A stretch of DNA of 64,000 nt from Paenibacillaceae bacterium. GTDB taxonomy: Bacteria > Bacillota > Bacilli > Paenibacillales > Paenibacillaceae. Shown one piece after another: positions 1 to 9,080 of this stretch; positions within the stretch are counted from its first letter, which is position 1, and the number at the start of each line of letters is the position of its first letter. The stretch covers positions 366 to 64,365 of the forward strand of contig DATCLN010000202.1 of the NCBI GenBank assembly GCA_036563895.1. Direction: 5' to 3'. A model generated the notes under the pieces. It worked only from the letters and a program-made list of their open reading frames with translations, was not told the DNA's origin and searched no databases. The position numbers and the translations under genes are program-made.

Positions 1-237
1 GGAGCCGCTTGATATTTTCGGCCATAATTCCCTGCACCTCCATTTCCGGATGTGCCGTTAGTGTGGCCGTCCGTCCGCGAATCCATGCCGGGCGGGACAG
101 GGGCGCCGGCGGACGGGGCCGGGCCGGACAGGGATGCCGGCGGGCGGGCCCGGCATCTTTGCCCGTGGCGAAAAATGGAGTATGATGGAGGAAATCAATA
201 TCAGGCGCGGGTTTGAACAACGGGCTTGATCAAGGGG

Positions 238-1575
238 ATGTCCATGACGCGGCGCAGGTTCATCCGGACGATGCTGCTGATCGGTCTGCCGGCGGTGTTT
301 GTGTTCCTGTGGCTCAGCGATTCATCGGAAGTGGCGCAGCCTCCCGTTCCGGCCGCGACCATGGCCGCGGCCGGTCCCGAGGACCGGCCGGCCGCCCCGG
401 AAAAAAGCGCATACATAAAAGTGGCTCTGGCGGCGGACCCGGCGGAATTCGAAGCTTTCGGCGAAGTGAACCGGTGGTTCCATCTGACGCATCCGGCTTT
501 CCGGGCGGAATTGGTTCGCCTGGAACCGGTATCCGCCGCCGCGAACGGGTATTCGGACGCGCTGCGGTCCGCCGATGTGCTGCTCATGCCCGGCGAATCG
601 GTGCTGGCCTTCGCCGTGCAGGGCCTGCTGCTGCCCGTGGACGACCTGCTGGTCGGCGACGCGGCCGCGCAGCCGTTCGAGGCGGTGATGGCCGGCGTCA
701 GGTGGAACGGGCTGGTGTGGGGCGTGCCTTACGACATGGATCCCCATGTTCTGCTTTGGAACCTGGAATTGCTGGACGCGTTGACGGAGACCCTTTCGGA
801 CTCCGGAGGAGAAGAAGCTGCGGTCCCGGAAGCCGGCGGACCGGACGGCGGCGTGCGGAGACAAGCCGTGCGGGTGGACTGGGAGGCGTGGCAAAGGCTC
901 CCGGAGGCGATGGAAAGGATGGAAGGCGGAAACGCAAGGCATTTCCTGGCGCTCGACGCCGCCGATCCCGGCGCGTGGCTGGCATGGTTCGGAGCGGCCA
1001 CCGGTCTTGCGGCCGACCTGCCCCTCGGCGAGGCGAACGAAACGGAAGAGGTGCGCCAGGCTCTGGAATGGCTGGCGAGATGGGGCGGGCTCGTCCTGGA
1101 GGCTTCGGGGGAGGATGTCCTTGCGGCGGTCAGGGACGGCCGGGCTGCGGCCGCCGTGGTGCCCCACTCGGCGGCGCTGCGCGCCGCAGAGGATGACGGC
1201 GGCGGCCTGCTGGCCGTCGACTATTCAGGCTGGGCCGCACCGTTCGCCTGGCCGCGCGCCCGCAGCTTCGTCATCCTGTCCGGCACCGCCCATGAGGAAG
1301 CGGCCCGCTCGTGGATCGCGGAAGCGACGGCTCCCGACCGGCAGCTTACCCATCACGCCGGGACGGGCAGGCTGCCCGTCAGCCGCGCCCTGCTCCAGGC
1401 GAACCCGCCGGCGCATGCCGGTCTTGAACGGGCGCCCGCCGGCGCGTTTCCCCATGTGGCGTCGCCGGAGTACGGCCCGCATCTTCCGCAGCGGCTGCGT
1501 GAGCTCGCGGAAGGGTGGCGGAAGGTCGCCGCGGGCGAGTGGAGTCCCGACGATTGGCTTGCGCTCACAAGGTGA
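238..1575 (+). CDS. Membrane-anchored extracellular solute-binding-protein-like protein (ABC SBP family-1-like), orphan in this window
   Basis: ORF 226..1575 starts at TTG 226, with in-frame ATGs at 238 and 244 just after AAGGGG. The N-terminus has an RRRFIRTMLLIGLPAVFVFLWL anchor. SBP-like segments follow (YIKVALAADP, VLLMPGESVLAF, WGVPYDMDPHVLLWN). No permease or ATPase gene is adjacent. The exact start is uncertain. Confidence 0.6.
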   Translation: MSMTRRRFIRTMLLIGLPAVFVFLWLSDSSEVAQPPVPAATMAAAGPEDRPAAPEKSAYIKVALAADPAEFEAFGEVNRWFHLTHPAFRAELVRLEPVSAAANGYSDALRSADVLLMPGESVLAFAVQGLLLPVDDLLVGDAAAQPFEAVMAGVRWNGLVWGVPYDMDPHVLLWNLELLDALTETLSDSGGEEAAVPEAGGPDGGVRRQAVRVDWEAWQRLPEAMERMEGGNARHFLALDAADPGAWLAWFGAATGLAADLPLGEANETEEVRQALEWLARWGGLVLEASGEDVLAAVRDGRAAAAVVPHSAALRAAEDDGGGLLAVDYSGWAAPFAWPRARSFVILSGTAHEEAARSWIAEATAPDRQLTHHAGTGRLPVSRALLQANPPAHAGLERAPAGAFPHVASPEYGPHLPQRLRELAEGWRKVAAGEWSPDDWLALTR

Positions 1576-2653
1576 CGCGCAGCTCGATTTCCAGAACGCC
1601 GTCCTTGAGCACGGCGTTTTCGGCGGTGATAAAGGGAAGCATCTGCTGCGGATACAGGCCGAGATCGAACTCGCGTTCCAGATCCGCCCGGGTTGTGTCG
1701 GGCAGTTCGAAGCCGTTGAACAGAAGCCTGTCGATATGGAAACGGATGACGTTCACCGGATCGTTTTCCACCGTGTAATGGCCCTCGACGAACAGTTCCA
1801 CGGATTCGGCTTTGCCCTCGATGGTCATCTTGTTTTCGGAAAAACGGAATTCGAGGTTGTGGAACCGCTCGTCCCGGCTGCGCAGGAATTCGTTCATCTG
1901 GGCGTCGGTGAGGCGGGCGACGATGCGCAAGCCCTGGAACTCGACGACGCCGGGCTGTTCCTGGAGCCAGGCGGGCAGTTCGTTCATGGCCTGCGACAGG
2001 GCGTCGAAATATTCCCGGACCAGGGGCAGGCCGCTCGATTGCCAGGACGTCTGGATGTCCTGGATGAGTTCGGCCACCTCCTGCGCGTCATCCCGCTTGG
2101 CCAGGGCCTCGTCCACTTCCCGCCGCAGGCGGAGAAGCCGCTCCCGCTGCGTCTGCAGGGCGAGTTCGACCTCCGCGAGCTCTTTTTCGTAGGCTTCCAG
2201 CCGGCCGCGCTCCTCCTGCAGGTTCCGGTAGGATTCCGCGTAGGCGAGCAAAATTTCCCTGTCCGAACGAAAAATGAATTCCGCCATCTCCCACAGGCGG
2301 AGCAGTTCCGACAGGGAACCCGCCGAGAAAAAAGCCTGCCAGAGCAAAAGCTTGTCGCCCATGTAGTAGGCGCGGAGCACCCGTCCGGCCCTTTCCCGCT
2401 GCCGTTCAATGGCGATTTCCATCTCGGCGATGCGCTTTTCGATTTCTCTCAGTCCGGCCAGCGTCTCTTCCCGAATGGCGCCGATCCGTTCGATTTCCCT
2501 GTCCAGTTCGGCCAGCGTCAGGCTTTTTTCGAGGAGCTGGCGCAGCTCTTCATCGTACGGCTGGGCGTGCGCCGGAACCGCAGTTCCGGGGCGGAGCGGC
2601 AAAGGCAGCGCCAGCAGGGCGCACAGGACGGCCAGGGCCGCCAGTTTCCGCAT
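1565..2653 (-). CDS. Secreted coiled-coil protein of unknown function
   Basis: Only the 3' 1089 nt of the 811-aa ORF 1565..4000 look genuine. ATG 2653 gives MRKLAALAVLCALLALPLPL...AHA (signal-peptide-like), then about 200 aa of E/R/L-rich heptad sequence and a C-terminal domain of about 130 aa. The rest of the ORF is antisense to the methyltransferase gene. An alternative ATG lies at 2710; no good SD precedes either start. The stop overlaps the convergent upstream gene by 11 nt. Confidence 0.55.
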   Translation of the reverse strand: MRKLAALAVLCALLALPLPLRPGTAVPAHAQPYDEELRQLLEKSLTLAELDREIERIGAIREETLAGLREIEKRIAEMEIAIERQRERAGRVLRAYYMGDKLLLWQAFFSAGSLSELLRLWEMAEFIFRSDREILLAYAESYRNLQEERGRLEAYEKELAEVELALQTQRERLLRLRREVDEALAKRDDAQEVAELIQDIQTSWQSSGLPLVREYFDALSQAMNELPAWLQEQPGVVEFQGLRIVARLTDAQMNEFLRSRDERFHNLEFRFSENKMTIEGKAESVELFVEGHYTVENDPVNVIRFHIDRLLFNGFELPDTTRADLEREFDLGLYPQQMLPFITAENAVLKDGVLEIELRVTL

Positions 2654-2779
2654 CCGGCCGGACAAGGCTCCGGATGTCGGCGCGGCCGGTCGAAACCGGG
2701 AAGTTCGCATGCGCAGCACCGGATTTGAGCCCCCTTTTGTCTTATCATAACATAATGCATATGTACGAAGGAGGAGGAT

Positions 2780-3982
2780 ATGGTGCCGAAGCGGCCCATT
2801 TCCGATCGTTTCCATGCCGGGCTTTCCGGGCCGCGGCCGGAAACGCCCCTGGCCGCCGTGATCCGGGACGAGGTGCTGGCCAGTTCCCGCACCGGTACGG
2901 CGCCGGACGGCACGCCCTGCCCGTGCATTCTGTTCCGCGACTATATGGCGCTGTGCCTCTATCATCCCGAATACGGCTATTACCGCAGCGGACCGGCGCG
3001 GATCGGGCGCGGCGGGGATTTCTACACTTCGCCGCTGGTCGGGGATGTCATGGGCCGCGTACTTGCCGGTTATATCGAGCGGATGGCAGGGGAACGCTTC
3101 GGCCCGGATGCGGCCGTGGACGTGATCGACTGGGGAGGCGGCACCGGGCGCCTGGCGGCGGCCATGCTGGACGCCTGGGAGGAAGCGGGGGTCTCCCGTT
3201 TCCGGGTGACGGTGGTCGACAGCCATCCGGTCCACCGGCGCCTGGCGGAAGAAGCGCTGGCTGAACGGATCCCGGCGGAAACGGCGCGGGTGGCCGATGC
3301 GGAGGAAGCGGACGCGGCCGACTGGAGCCGGCGTCCCGCCGTCATCGTCGCCAACGAACTGCTCGACGCCTTCCCGGTGAGGCGCCTGGTGCGCACCGGC
3401 GGGCGGCTTCGCGAGTGGGGGGTGCGCTGGGACGAACAACGCGCGCGCCCGGCTCCCTGCCTGACGGATTGCGACGACGAAGCCCTCAGGGCCTGGCTGG
3501 AGGACGGCGCGCGCCTGCTGGAAGGGCAGACGGCGGAGGTCTGCCCGGACGCGGAAGCGTGGCTGCGCCGCCTGACGGCCCGGCTGGGCGACGCCCTGCT
3601 CATCCTCATCGACTACGGGGATGAAACGGAAGAACTGCTCGCCCCCCACCGCATGGAGGGCACCCTCGTCTGCTACCGCCGGCATACCGTCAGCGACGAT
3701 CCCTACGCCGTGCCGGGGGAGCAGGACATCACGGCCCACGTCAATTTTACCCGCATCCGCGAGGCCTTGACGGAAGCGGGCTGGGAAGAGCTGTGGCGGG
3801 GCACGCAAAAGGCGTTTCTGGCGGAACACGGGGCGCTTGGGCTGCTTCGGGAGCACGCCTTCACCGACCCCTTCCATCCCGCGGCGCGCCGGAACCGGGC
3901 GGTGGCGCGGCTTCTCGTCGGCGACGGGATGGGCGAGTTGTTCAAGGTGAACGTGTTCGGCCTTCGCCGGACGCGAGCGTAA
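2780..3982 (+). CDS. Class I SAM-dependent methyltransferase, DUF185 / NDUFAF7 (MidA)-like
   Basis: A 400-aa ORF with a strong RBS, GAAGGAGGAGGA, at 2767-2778. Motifs: FRDYMALCLYHPEYGYY, GDFYTSP, VIDWGGGTGRLA (GxGxG SAM loop), ANELLDAFP, LILIDYG. Confidence 0.75.
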   Translation: MVPKRPISDRFHAGLSGPRPETPLAAVIRDEVLASSRTGTAPDGTPCPCILFRDYMALCLYHPEYGYYRSGPARIGRGGDFYTSPLVGDVMGRVLAGYIERMAGERFGPDAAVDVIDWGGGTGRLAAAMLDAWEEAGVSRFRVTVVDSHPVHRRLAEEALAERIPAETARVADAEEADAADWSRRPAVIVANELLDAFPVRRLVRTGGRLREWGVRWDEQRARPAPCLTDCDDEALRAWLEDGARLLEGQTAEVCPDAEAWLRRLTARLGDALLILIDYGDETEELLAPHRMEGTLVCYRRHTVSDDPYAVPGEQDITAHVNFTRIREALTEAGWEELWRGTQKAFLAEHGALGLLREHAFTDPFHPAARRNRAVARLLVGDGMGELFKVNVFGLRRTRA

Positions 3983-3997
3983 GCGCCAGAGGCATGA

Positions 3998-4048
3998 CAA
4001 AAAGGCTGCTCTCCGGCCGGTTGCGGCCGGGAGACAGCCCTTTTATTT
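3998..4048. terminator. Bidirectional intrinsic terminator between convergent genes
   Basis: AAAAA-GGCTGCTCTCCGGCCGG-TTGC-GGCCGGGAGACAGCCC-TTTTATTT. A long GC stem is flanked by an A-run upstream and a T-run downstream. It lies between the methyltransferase stop (3982) and the minus-strand stop at 4067. Confidence 0.55.
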
Positions 4049-4066
4049 CGCTTCGTCCGTATGCGC

Positions 4067-4324
4067 TCAGACGGGATTCTTCATTTCGAAGACCATCCAG
4101 TAGGTGAGCCCCAGGAACGTGACGATCATGTACGCCCAGAACGTGTAAAGGTACGTCCGCTCGGTGAGGTTCAGGTAGCCGAGCAGGAAAAAGAACGCCG
4201 TCTGAAAGAAGAACAGCAGCGAAAATTCGTACATGTTGCCCGCAAACGCCATGAGGGCGATCACCAGCGTGAAAAAGCCGAGCACCCGGAACATGCGCGC
4301 CACGTCTGTTTCCTCCTCCCGCAT
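4067..4324 (-). CDS. Small integral membrane protein (DUF2626-like, tentative)
   Basis: ORF 4067..4348 (93 aa) has hydrophobic helices FRVLGFFTLVIALMAFAG, LLFFFQTAFFFLLGYL and YTFWAYMIVTFLGLTYWMVF. The start is ambiguous (ATG 4324, GTG 4303 after GGGAGGAGG, ATG 4294). The family name is from memory only. Confidence 0.5.
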   Translation of the reverse strand: MREEETDVARMFRVLGFFTLVIALMAFAGNMYEFSLLFFFQTAFFFLLGYLNLTERTYLYTFWAYMIVTFLGLTYWMVFEMKNPV

Positions 4325-4674
4325 GGCTCCGTGTCGTCCATGCGCCATGCCGAATGTTGCCGTAACACAGGTTATTATAACCTTTGCCCGCGCGGACTGT
4401 AAACGGCAAGAAGTGACGAAATCGCAAACTTTTCTTGACGCCGTCCGCAGTTAGGGTTGCCGGAGCGCCGCCGGATCATGCGTCCGGGTTCCGCGGGGGC
4501 GCGGCCACCTTCCGACAGGTTCTTTCGGCCCTCGCGGCATGCCGCCCCGGCAGGTATACCCGCCGCAAAATTGGTTAACCATAGTGATATGCGATAGATT
4601 CTATGAACTCTATCATGCGCATAGACATGGAACCAGGAAAAGCGGATTTTACGGACCGGGGAGGTAAGGACAGC

Positions 4675-5325
4675 ATGCCTGCGGCAAGACAGGATGCGTG
4701 GACGCCGGATGACGATCTGATTTTGGCCGAAGTGACGCTTCGCCATATACGGGAAGGAAGCACGCAGCTGGCGGCCTTCGAGGAGGTCGCCAAGCGCATC
4801 GGCCGCACCAGCGCGGCCTGCGGCTTCCGGTGGAACAGCTGCGTCCGCAAGCGTTACGAGGAAGCGATCGCCCTCGCCAAACAGCAGCGCCAAAAGCGCA
4901 ATTATCTGAAAAAGCAGGGGCTGGCGGCGCTGACGGAAGACGAGGGCGAGGCGGGAGCCGGCGAAGCCGGCGCGGGCGGCCTGCCGGTCGCCGGGGCGAT
5001 GCCGCTGGACGCGATCATCCGGCACCTCAGACAGTGGAAAAACAGCGTCCACGAACTTAGCCGGCAAAACCGCCAGTATGAAAAACTGCTGAAAGAGAAA
5101 GAGGAAGAGATCGCCAGACTGAAGGAGGAAAACGAAAAGCTGACCCGCCGGATCCACGAGGCGGAAGCGGAACCCCGCCTGGACCTGGACAGCGACGACT
5201 ACAAGGCGCTTCTTCGTCTGATGGACCGCGCCAGAAAACTGGCCATCCTGTCCGAAGGGGATTCGGGGGAGGAAAAGGATCCGTTCCGGATGGACGAAAG
5301 CGGCAATCTCGAACGGGTCGAATGA
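4675..5325 (+). CDS. RsfA-family sporulation transcription regulator (GerR/YlbO-like)
   Basis: ORF 4603..5325; ATG 4675 is preceded by GGGAGGTAAGGA. The N-terminus [57 protein letters not shown] is the Myb/SANT-like RsfA-family signature, and the C-terminal half is coiled coil. Its position upstream of bshC-mraZ matches B. subtilis ylbO. Confidence 0.75.
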   Translation: MPAARQDAWTPDDDLILAEVTLRHIREGSTQLAAFEEVAKRIGRTSAACGFRWNSCVRKRYEEAIALAKQQRQKRNYLKKQGLAALTEDEGEAGAGEAGAGGLPVAGAMPLDAIIRHLRQWKNSVHELSRQNRQYEKLLKEKEEEIARLKEENEKLTRRIHEAEAEPRLDLDSDDYKALLRLMDRARKLAILSEGDSGEEKDPFRMDESGNLERVE

Positions 5326-5367
5326 TGGCGGACCGGGCGGCCTTCGCGCCGTCCGGCCCGCGGCATC

Positions 5368-5397
5368 GTCCGCGCATTGGAGCGCGGACTTTTTTTG
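5368..5397 (+). terminator. Intrinsic terminator after the RsfA-family gene
   Basis: GTCCGCGC-attgga-GCGCGGAC followed by TTTTTTT. Confidence 0.6.
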
Positions 5398-5541
5398 TGC
5401 CCGGCCGGACCCGCCTGCGTCTTTGCGACCGGACCAAAAAGACCCATTTCCAAGGCAGGAATTTGGGCGGAAATGTCGAATGTGGATGTGAAAAGGTTGT
5501 CCGGAAGCGAACGGGAAAAGCGGGAAAGGAGGAATGGCGGC

Positions 5542-5940
5542 ATGGCGGCGGTGCGGGATGCCCTGGTGTATGTGTACGCCGGTTTCGCCGTCGCGCCGCC
5601 CGTGACTTTTGCGCTGGTGTACTTCGTGGCGCTATGGCGGACGGGCGACCGGAAACGCTCCGTCCGGACGGCCATGGACGTCACGACGGCTTTCCTGATC
5701 GGCGCCGTGGCCGCGCTTATCAACAGCCTGACGAAATCGAGGTTCGGCCTATGGCTGATCCTTCTGGTCATGCTCGTGGGCGCGGGGCTTATGGGAGGCG
5801 CACAGGCCCGCATGCGCGGCGAGGTGGACGTCCGGCGTCTCGCGCGCGCCGTCTGGCGGATTTCGTTTCTTGCCCTGGGCGTGCTCTACATCGTGCTGAT
5901 GATCGCCTATCTGATCGTGTTCATCCGCTCCCGCGGGTGA
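5542..5940 (+). CDS. Small polytopic membrane protein (DUF3397-like, tentative)
   Basis: ORF 5377..5940; ATG 5542 lies 9 nt after AAAGGAGG (5525-5532). There are four hydrophobic segments (VYVYAGFAVAPPVTFALVYFVAL, VTTAFLIGAVAALI, LWLILLVMLVGAGLMGG, ISFLALGVLYIVLMIAYLIVFI). Confidence 0.6.
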   Translation: MAAVRDALVYVYAGFAVAPPVTFALVYFVALWRTGDRKRSVRTAMDVTTAFLIGAVAALINSLTKSRFGLWLILLVMLVGAGLMGGAQARMRGEVDVRRLARAVWRISFLALGVLYIVLMIAYLIVFIRSRG

Positions 5941-5983
5941 GGCCGGCTCTTTCGGCCCGGCCTTGTCCGCGGCTTTTTTGCTT

Positions 5984-6012
5984 TTGACGGGGAACATTCC
6001 CGCTGGTACAAT
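5984..6012 (+). promoter_or_regulatory. Sigma-A-type promoter upstream of bshC
   Basis: TTGACG (5984-5989), a 17-nt spacer, then TGgTACAAT (extended -10; TACAAT at 6007-6012). Confidence 0.5.
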
Positions 6013-6075
6013 CGGTTCATGAACGATGGCAAGGAACTGGCGAGAACAATGGCGATAAGCGGGGGACGAACGCCC

Positions 6076-7752
6076 ATGAAGGTGATGCCGCTTTCCGGGC
6101 CGGCCGGAGATTCGCTGGCGGAAGGCTTCCGCCGCGGCGATCCGGACGTGTGCGCCCTGTTCGGTCTCCACCCTTCGCGCGCGGAAGACTGGCGCCGGCG
6201 GGCGGCCCGCCTGGACGAGACCGCGGCGATGCGGGCGGACCGGGCGCGTCTTGCCGCCGCCCTGCGGGCGGCCGGCGCGCGTCACGGATTCGGGGCGGCC
6301 GCCGAACCGGCGCTGCGCAAGCTGCAGCAGCCCGACTGCCTGGTGGTGGTCGGCGGCCAGCAGGCGGGACTCTTTGGCGGTCCGCTGCTCGTTTTTTACA
6401 AGGCGCTGGCGGTGATCCGGACGGCGGCCGCGGCGGAGCGGATGCTCGGCCGGCCGGTGGTGCCCGTGTTCTGGATCGCCGGGGAAGACCACGATTTCGC
6501 CGAAGCGAACGTGACCTACGTCCTCTCGCCGGACGGCGGAGTGCGCCAGATTCGCCTCGAGGGCGTGGCGGGCGGCAGGCACGCGGTGAGCCGGACGCCC
6601 GTTCCGGCGGCGGCGTGGGAAGACGCGCTGGACCGCCTGGCGCGGGCGCTGCCCGACTCCGATCACAAGCCCGCCCTGCTCGCCGGCCTGCGGGAGACGG
6701 CGGCTGACGCCCCGACGCTGACCGTGGCGTTCGCCCGCCTGCTGGACGCGTGGCTGGGCGGCGAGGGGCTGCTTGTCATGGACGCCGACGATCCGGAGAT
6801 CCGCCGTCTGGAAGGGTCCTTTTTCCGGGAGCTCGTGGAACGGAACGGCGAGCTGGCGGAAGCCCTGGCGGAAGGGGAAAGGCGCGTGCGCGCCCTCGGC
6901 TTTTCACCGCAGGCGGAGACGCCGGCGGACGGCGCGCATCTGTTTGTCCACCACCCGATGGGGCGGCTGCTGCTTTACCGCAAGGGGGACGGATTCGCCG
7001 ACCGCCGGGGGTTTTTCCGCGCGGATCGGGCGGAACTTGCGGCGATGGCGGAGAACGAGCCGGACCGGTTCAGCACGGGGGCGTTGTCCCGGCCGCTCAT
7101 GCAGGACTTTTTGCTGCCGGTGCTGGCGACGGTGCTGGGACCGGCGGAAATCGCCTACTGGGGCCAGCTGGGCCCTGCTTTCTCGCGGTTTGGCATCGGC
7201 ATGCCGGTGATCGTCCCGCGCCCGTCCTTCACCTTTCTCGAGCCGTGGACCGAATCGCTCCTCGGGGAGCTGGGGCTGACCCCCGAAGAGGCAATCTGGC
7301 AATGGGAGGAGCGGCGCGCGGCGTGGCTTGAGGCCCGGGCGGAGAAAGGCTGGGACGAACGCTTCCGGGCCGTGCGGGAAGGGGTCGCCGCCCTGTACGA
7401 CCCGCTTCTGAAGGATCTCGCCGCCGCCGAACCGGGGCTTGGCGACCTGGGGCGCAAAAACCTCGGGCGCATCCTGGAACAGGTCGCCTATCTGGAACGG
7501 AGGACCCGGGAGGCGTTTCTTCGCCGCCACGAGGCGGCACTGCGCCGGTGGGACCGCGTGCGCGCCGCGCTGTGCCCCATGGGCCGGCCGCAGGAACGCG
7601 TCCTGGGCACGATCCATTTTCTGAACGCTTACGGCCCGTCCTGGATCGGCGCCTGGGCGGGAACGGATATCGGCGCCGAAGGGGGCCACATGCTGGCCCG
7701 GTTCGGGACGGCCGTCAAGGAGGTTTGCCGGCTTGGATCATGTGAAACCTAG
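6076..7752 (+). CDS. bshC: Bacillithiol biosynthesis cysteine-adding enzyme BshC
   Basis: ORF 6019..7752; ATG 6076 follows AAGCGGGGGA and lies downstream of the predicted promoter. Motifs seen: VVVGGQQAGLFGGPLLVFYKAL and PVFWIAGEDHDF. The length is about 560 aa. Its position immediately upstream of the dcw cluster matches B. subtilis yllA/bshC. Confidence 0.85.
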   Translation: MKVMPLSGPAGDSLAEGFRRGDPDVCALFGLHPSRAEDWRRRAARLDETAAMRADRARLAAALRAAGARHGFGAAAEPALRKLQQPDCLVVVGGQQAGLFGGPLLVFYKALAVIRTAAAAERMLGRPVVPVFWIAGEDHDFAEANVTYVLSPDGGVRQIRLEGVAGGRHAVSRTPVPAAAWEDALDRLARALPDSDHKPALLAGLRETAADAPTLTVAFARLLDAWLGGEGLLVMDADDPEIRRLEGSFFRELVERNGELAEALAEGERRVRALGFSPQAETPADGAHLFVHHPMGRLLLYRKGDGFADRRGFFRADRAELAAMAENEPDRFSTGALSRPLMQDFLLPVLATVLGPAEIAYWGQLGPAFSRFGIGMPVIVPRPSFTFLEPWTESLLGELGLTPEEAIWQWEERRAAWLEARAEKGWDERFRAVREGVAALYDPLLKDLAAAEPGLGDLGRKNLGRILEQVAYLERRTREAFLRRHEAALRRWDRVRAALCPMGRPQERVLGTIHFLNAYGPSWIGAWAGTDIGAEGGHMLARFGTAVKEVCRLGSCET

Positions 7753-8992
7753 AGGGATCGTCCGGGATCCTTCTTTGGCTCCGGAAGGAAAGCTGAAGAT
7801 CGAATGGGCCCAGGCGCACATGCCGGTGCTGGCCCGGATCCGGGAACGCTTCGCGAAGGAGCGGCCCTTTGAAGGGCTGCGCGTGGCGGTGGCGCTCCAT
7901 GTGGAGGCCAAGACCGCCTGTCTCGTCCGGACGCTCATGGCCGGGGGCGCCGAAGTGGCCATCGCGGGCTGCAATCCCCTGTCCACCCAGGACGACGTCG
8001 CCGCGGCGCTGCTGGAAGAAGGCGCGGCGGTGTTTGCCAAGCGGGGCGTGGACATGCGGGAGTACGAAGAGCTTTTGGTCCGAACGCTGGAAACGAAACC
8101 GCATCTCCTCATCGACGACGGCGGGGACCTGGTGACGATCCTGCACACCTCGCGGCGGGACCTTTTGGACACCATCCGCGGCGGCGCGGAGGAGACGACC
8201 ACCGGCATCCACCGCCTGCGGGCGATGGAACGGCAGGGCGCTTTGCAGTTCCCGATGATCAACGTCAACGGGGCGCAGTGCAAGCATTTGTTCGACAACC
8301 GGTACGGCACCGGCCAGTCGGTGTGGGACGGCATCAACCGCGCCACCAACCTGGTCGTGGCCGGCAAGACGGTGGTCGTGGGCGGCTACGGATGGTGCGG
8401 CAGAGGGGTGGCCATGCGGGCCAAAGGCCTCGGCGCCAAGGTGATCGTCACCGAAGTGGACCCGGTCCGCGCCATCGAGGCCCACATGGACGGGTTCACC
8501 GTCATGCCGATGAAGGAAGCCGCCGCCGTGGGGGATTACTTCGTCACGGTGTCCGGCAACCGGGACGTCCTGCGCGGCGAGCATTTCGCGCGGATGAAGG
8601 ACGGCGCCGTGCTGGCCAACGCCGGCCATTTCGACGTGGAAATCAACGTGCGGGAACTGGCCGCCATGGCGGTCTCCCGCCGGAAGGTGCGCGAAGGCGT
8701 CGAGGCGTTCGCCCTGCCCGACGGCCGCACGCTGTATCTCCTGGCCGAAGGCCGGCTTGTGAATCTGGCCGCCGGCGACGGGCATCCCGCCGAAATCATG
8801 GACATGTCCTTCTCCCTGCAGGCTTTGGCCCTGCGCTATTTGAGCGAACGGCACGCCGAACTGGGCGGCCGCGTGGTGGACCTGCCCCGCGAACTGGACG
8901 AACAGGTGGCCAGGCTCAAGCTGGAGACGCTGGGCATCGCCATCGACGAGCTGACCCGCGAGCAGCGGGAATATCTGGACAGCTGGTTCTGA
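7733..8992 (+). CDS. ahcY: Adenosylhomocysteinase (short, archaeal/bacterial-type SAH hydrolase)
   Basis: A 419-aa ORF. TTG 7733 lies 9 nt after AAGGAGG (7717-7723), inside the 3' end of bshC (20-nt overlap). Motifs: KLKIEWAQAHMPVL, CNPLSTQDDVAAAL, EETTTGIHRL, the NAD loop VVVGGYGWCGRGVA, GHFDVEI and HPAEIMDMSF. Confidence 0.9.
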   Translation: MDHVKPRGIVRDPSLAPEGKLKIEWAQAHMPVLARIRERFAKERPFEGLRVAVALHVEAKTACLVRTLMAGGAEVAIAGCNPLSTQDDVAAALLEEGAAVFAKRGVDMREYEELLVRTLETKPHLLIDDGGDLVTILHTSRRDLLDTIRGGAEETTTGIHRLRAMERQGALQFPMINVNGAQCKHLFDNRYGTGQSVWDGINRATNLVVAGKTVVVGGYGWCGRGVAMRAKGLGAKVIVTEVDPVRAIEAHMDGFTVMPMKEAAAVGDYFVTVSGNRDVLRGEHFARMKDGAVLANAGHFDVEINVRELAAMAVSRRKVREGVEAFALPDGRTLYLLAEGRLVNLAAGDGHPAEIMDMSFSLQALALRYLSERHAELGGRVVDLPRELDEQVARLKLETLGIAIDELTREQREYLDSWF

Positions 8993-9025
8993 ACGGTTAG
9001 TTAACCGCATAAAATATTTTTTTTG

Positions 9026-9059
9026 AAATCCTGCTCCGGCAGCAGGATTTTTGTTTTTT
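9026..9059 (+). terminator. Intrinsic terminator after ahcY
   Basis: AAATCCTGCT-ccgg-CAGCAGGATTT followed by TTGTTTTTT. Confidence 0.7.
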
Positions 9060-9080
9060 GGGGCGAATATATGGTCATGT

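Noticed and set aside
1-43. A possible 5' end of a minus-strand gene (reverse complement reads ATG GAG GTG CAG GGA ATT ATG GCC GAA AAT ATC AAG CGG CTC = MEVQGIMAENIKRL, reminiscent of XRE-type HTH N-termini).
   Set aside because: Only 14 codons are inside the window, which is too little to support a call.
213-1196. Arg/Gly-rich alternative-frame ORFs overlapping real genes throughout the track (for example 213..1196, 6150..6707, 28541..29662, 31353..32723).
   Set aside because: Their composition is typical of off-frame translation of GC-rich coding DNA. Each overlaps a gene with clear family motifs in another frame.
2654-4000. The upstream 450 codons of the 811-aa minus-strand ORF 1565..4000.
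   Set aside because: This part is antisense to the methyltransferase gene, which has a strong RBS and SAM-binding motifs. Only the segment from the signal-peptide Met (2653) looks protein-like.
4572-4581. A TGGTTAACCA palindrome upstream of the RsfA-family gene, a related CGGTTAgTTAACCG just after ahcY (8994..9007), and ATGCG(C)ATAGA direct repeats at 4588-4624.
   Set aside because: The motifs are short and could arise by chance in AT-rich spacers. I could not fit sigma-E/K or other consensus hexamers convincingly.
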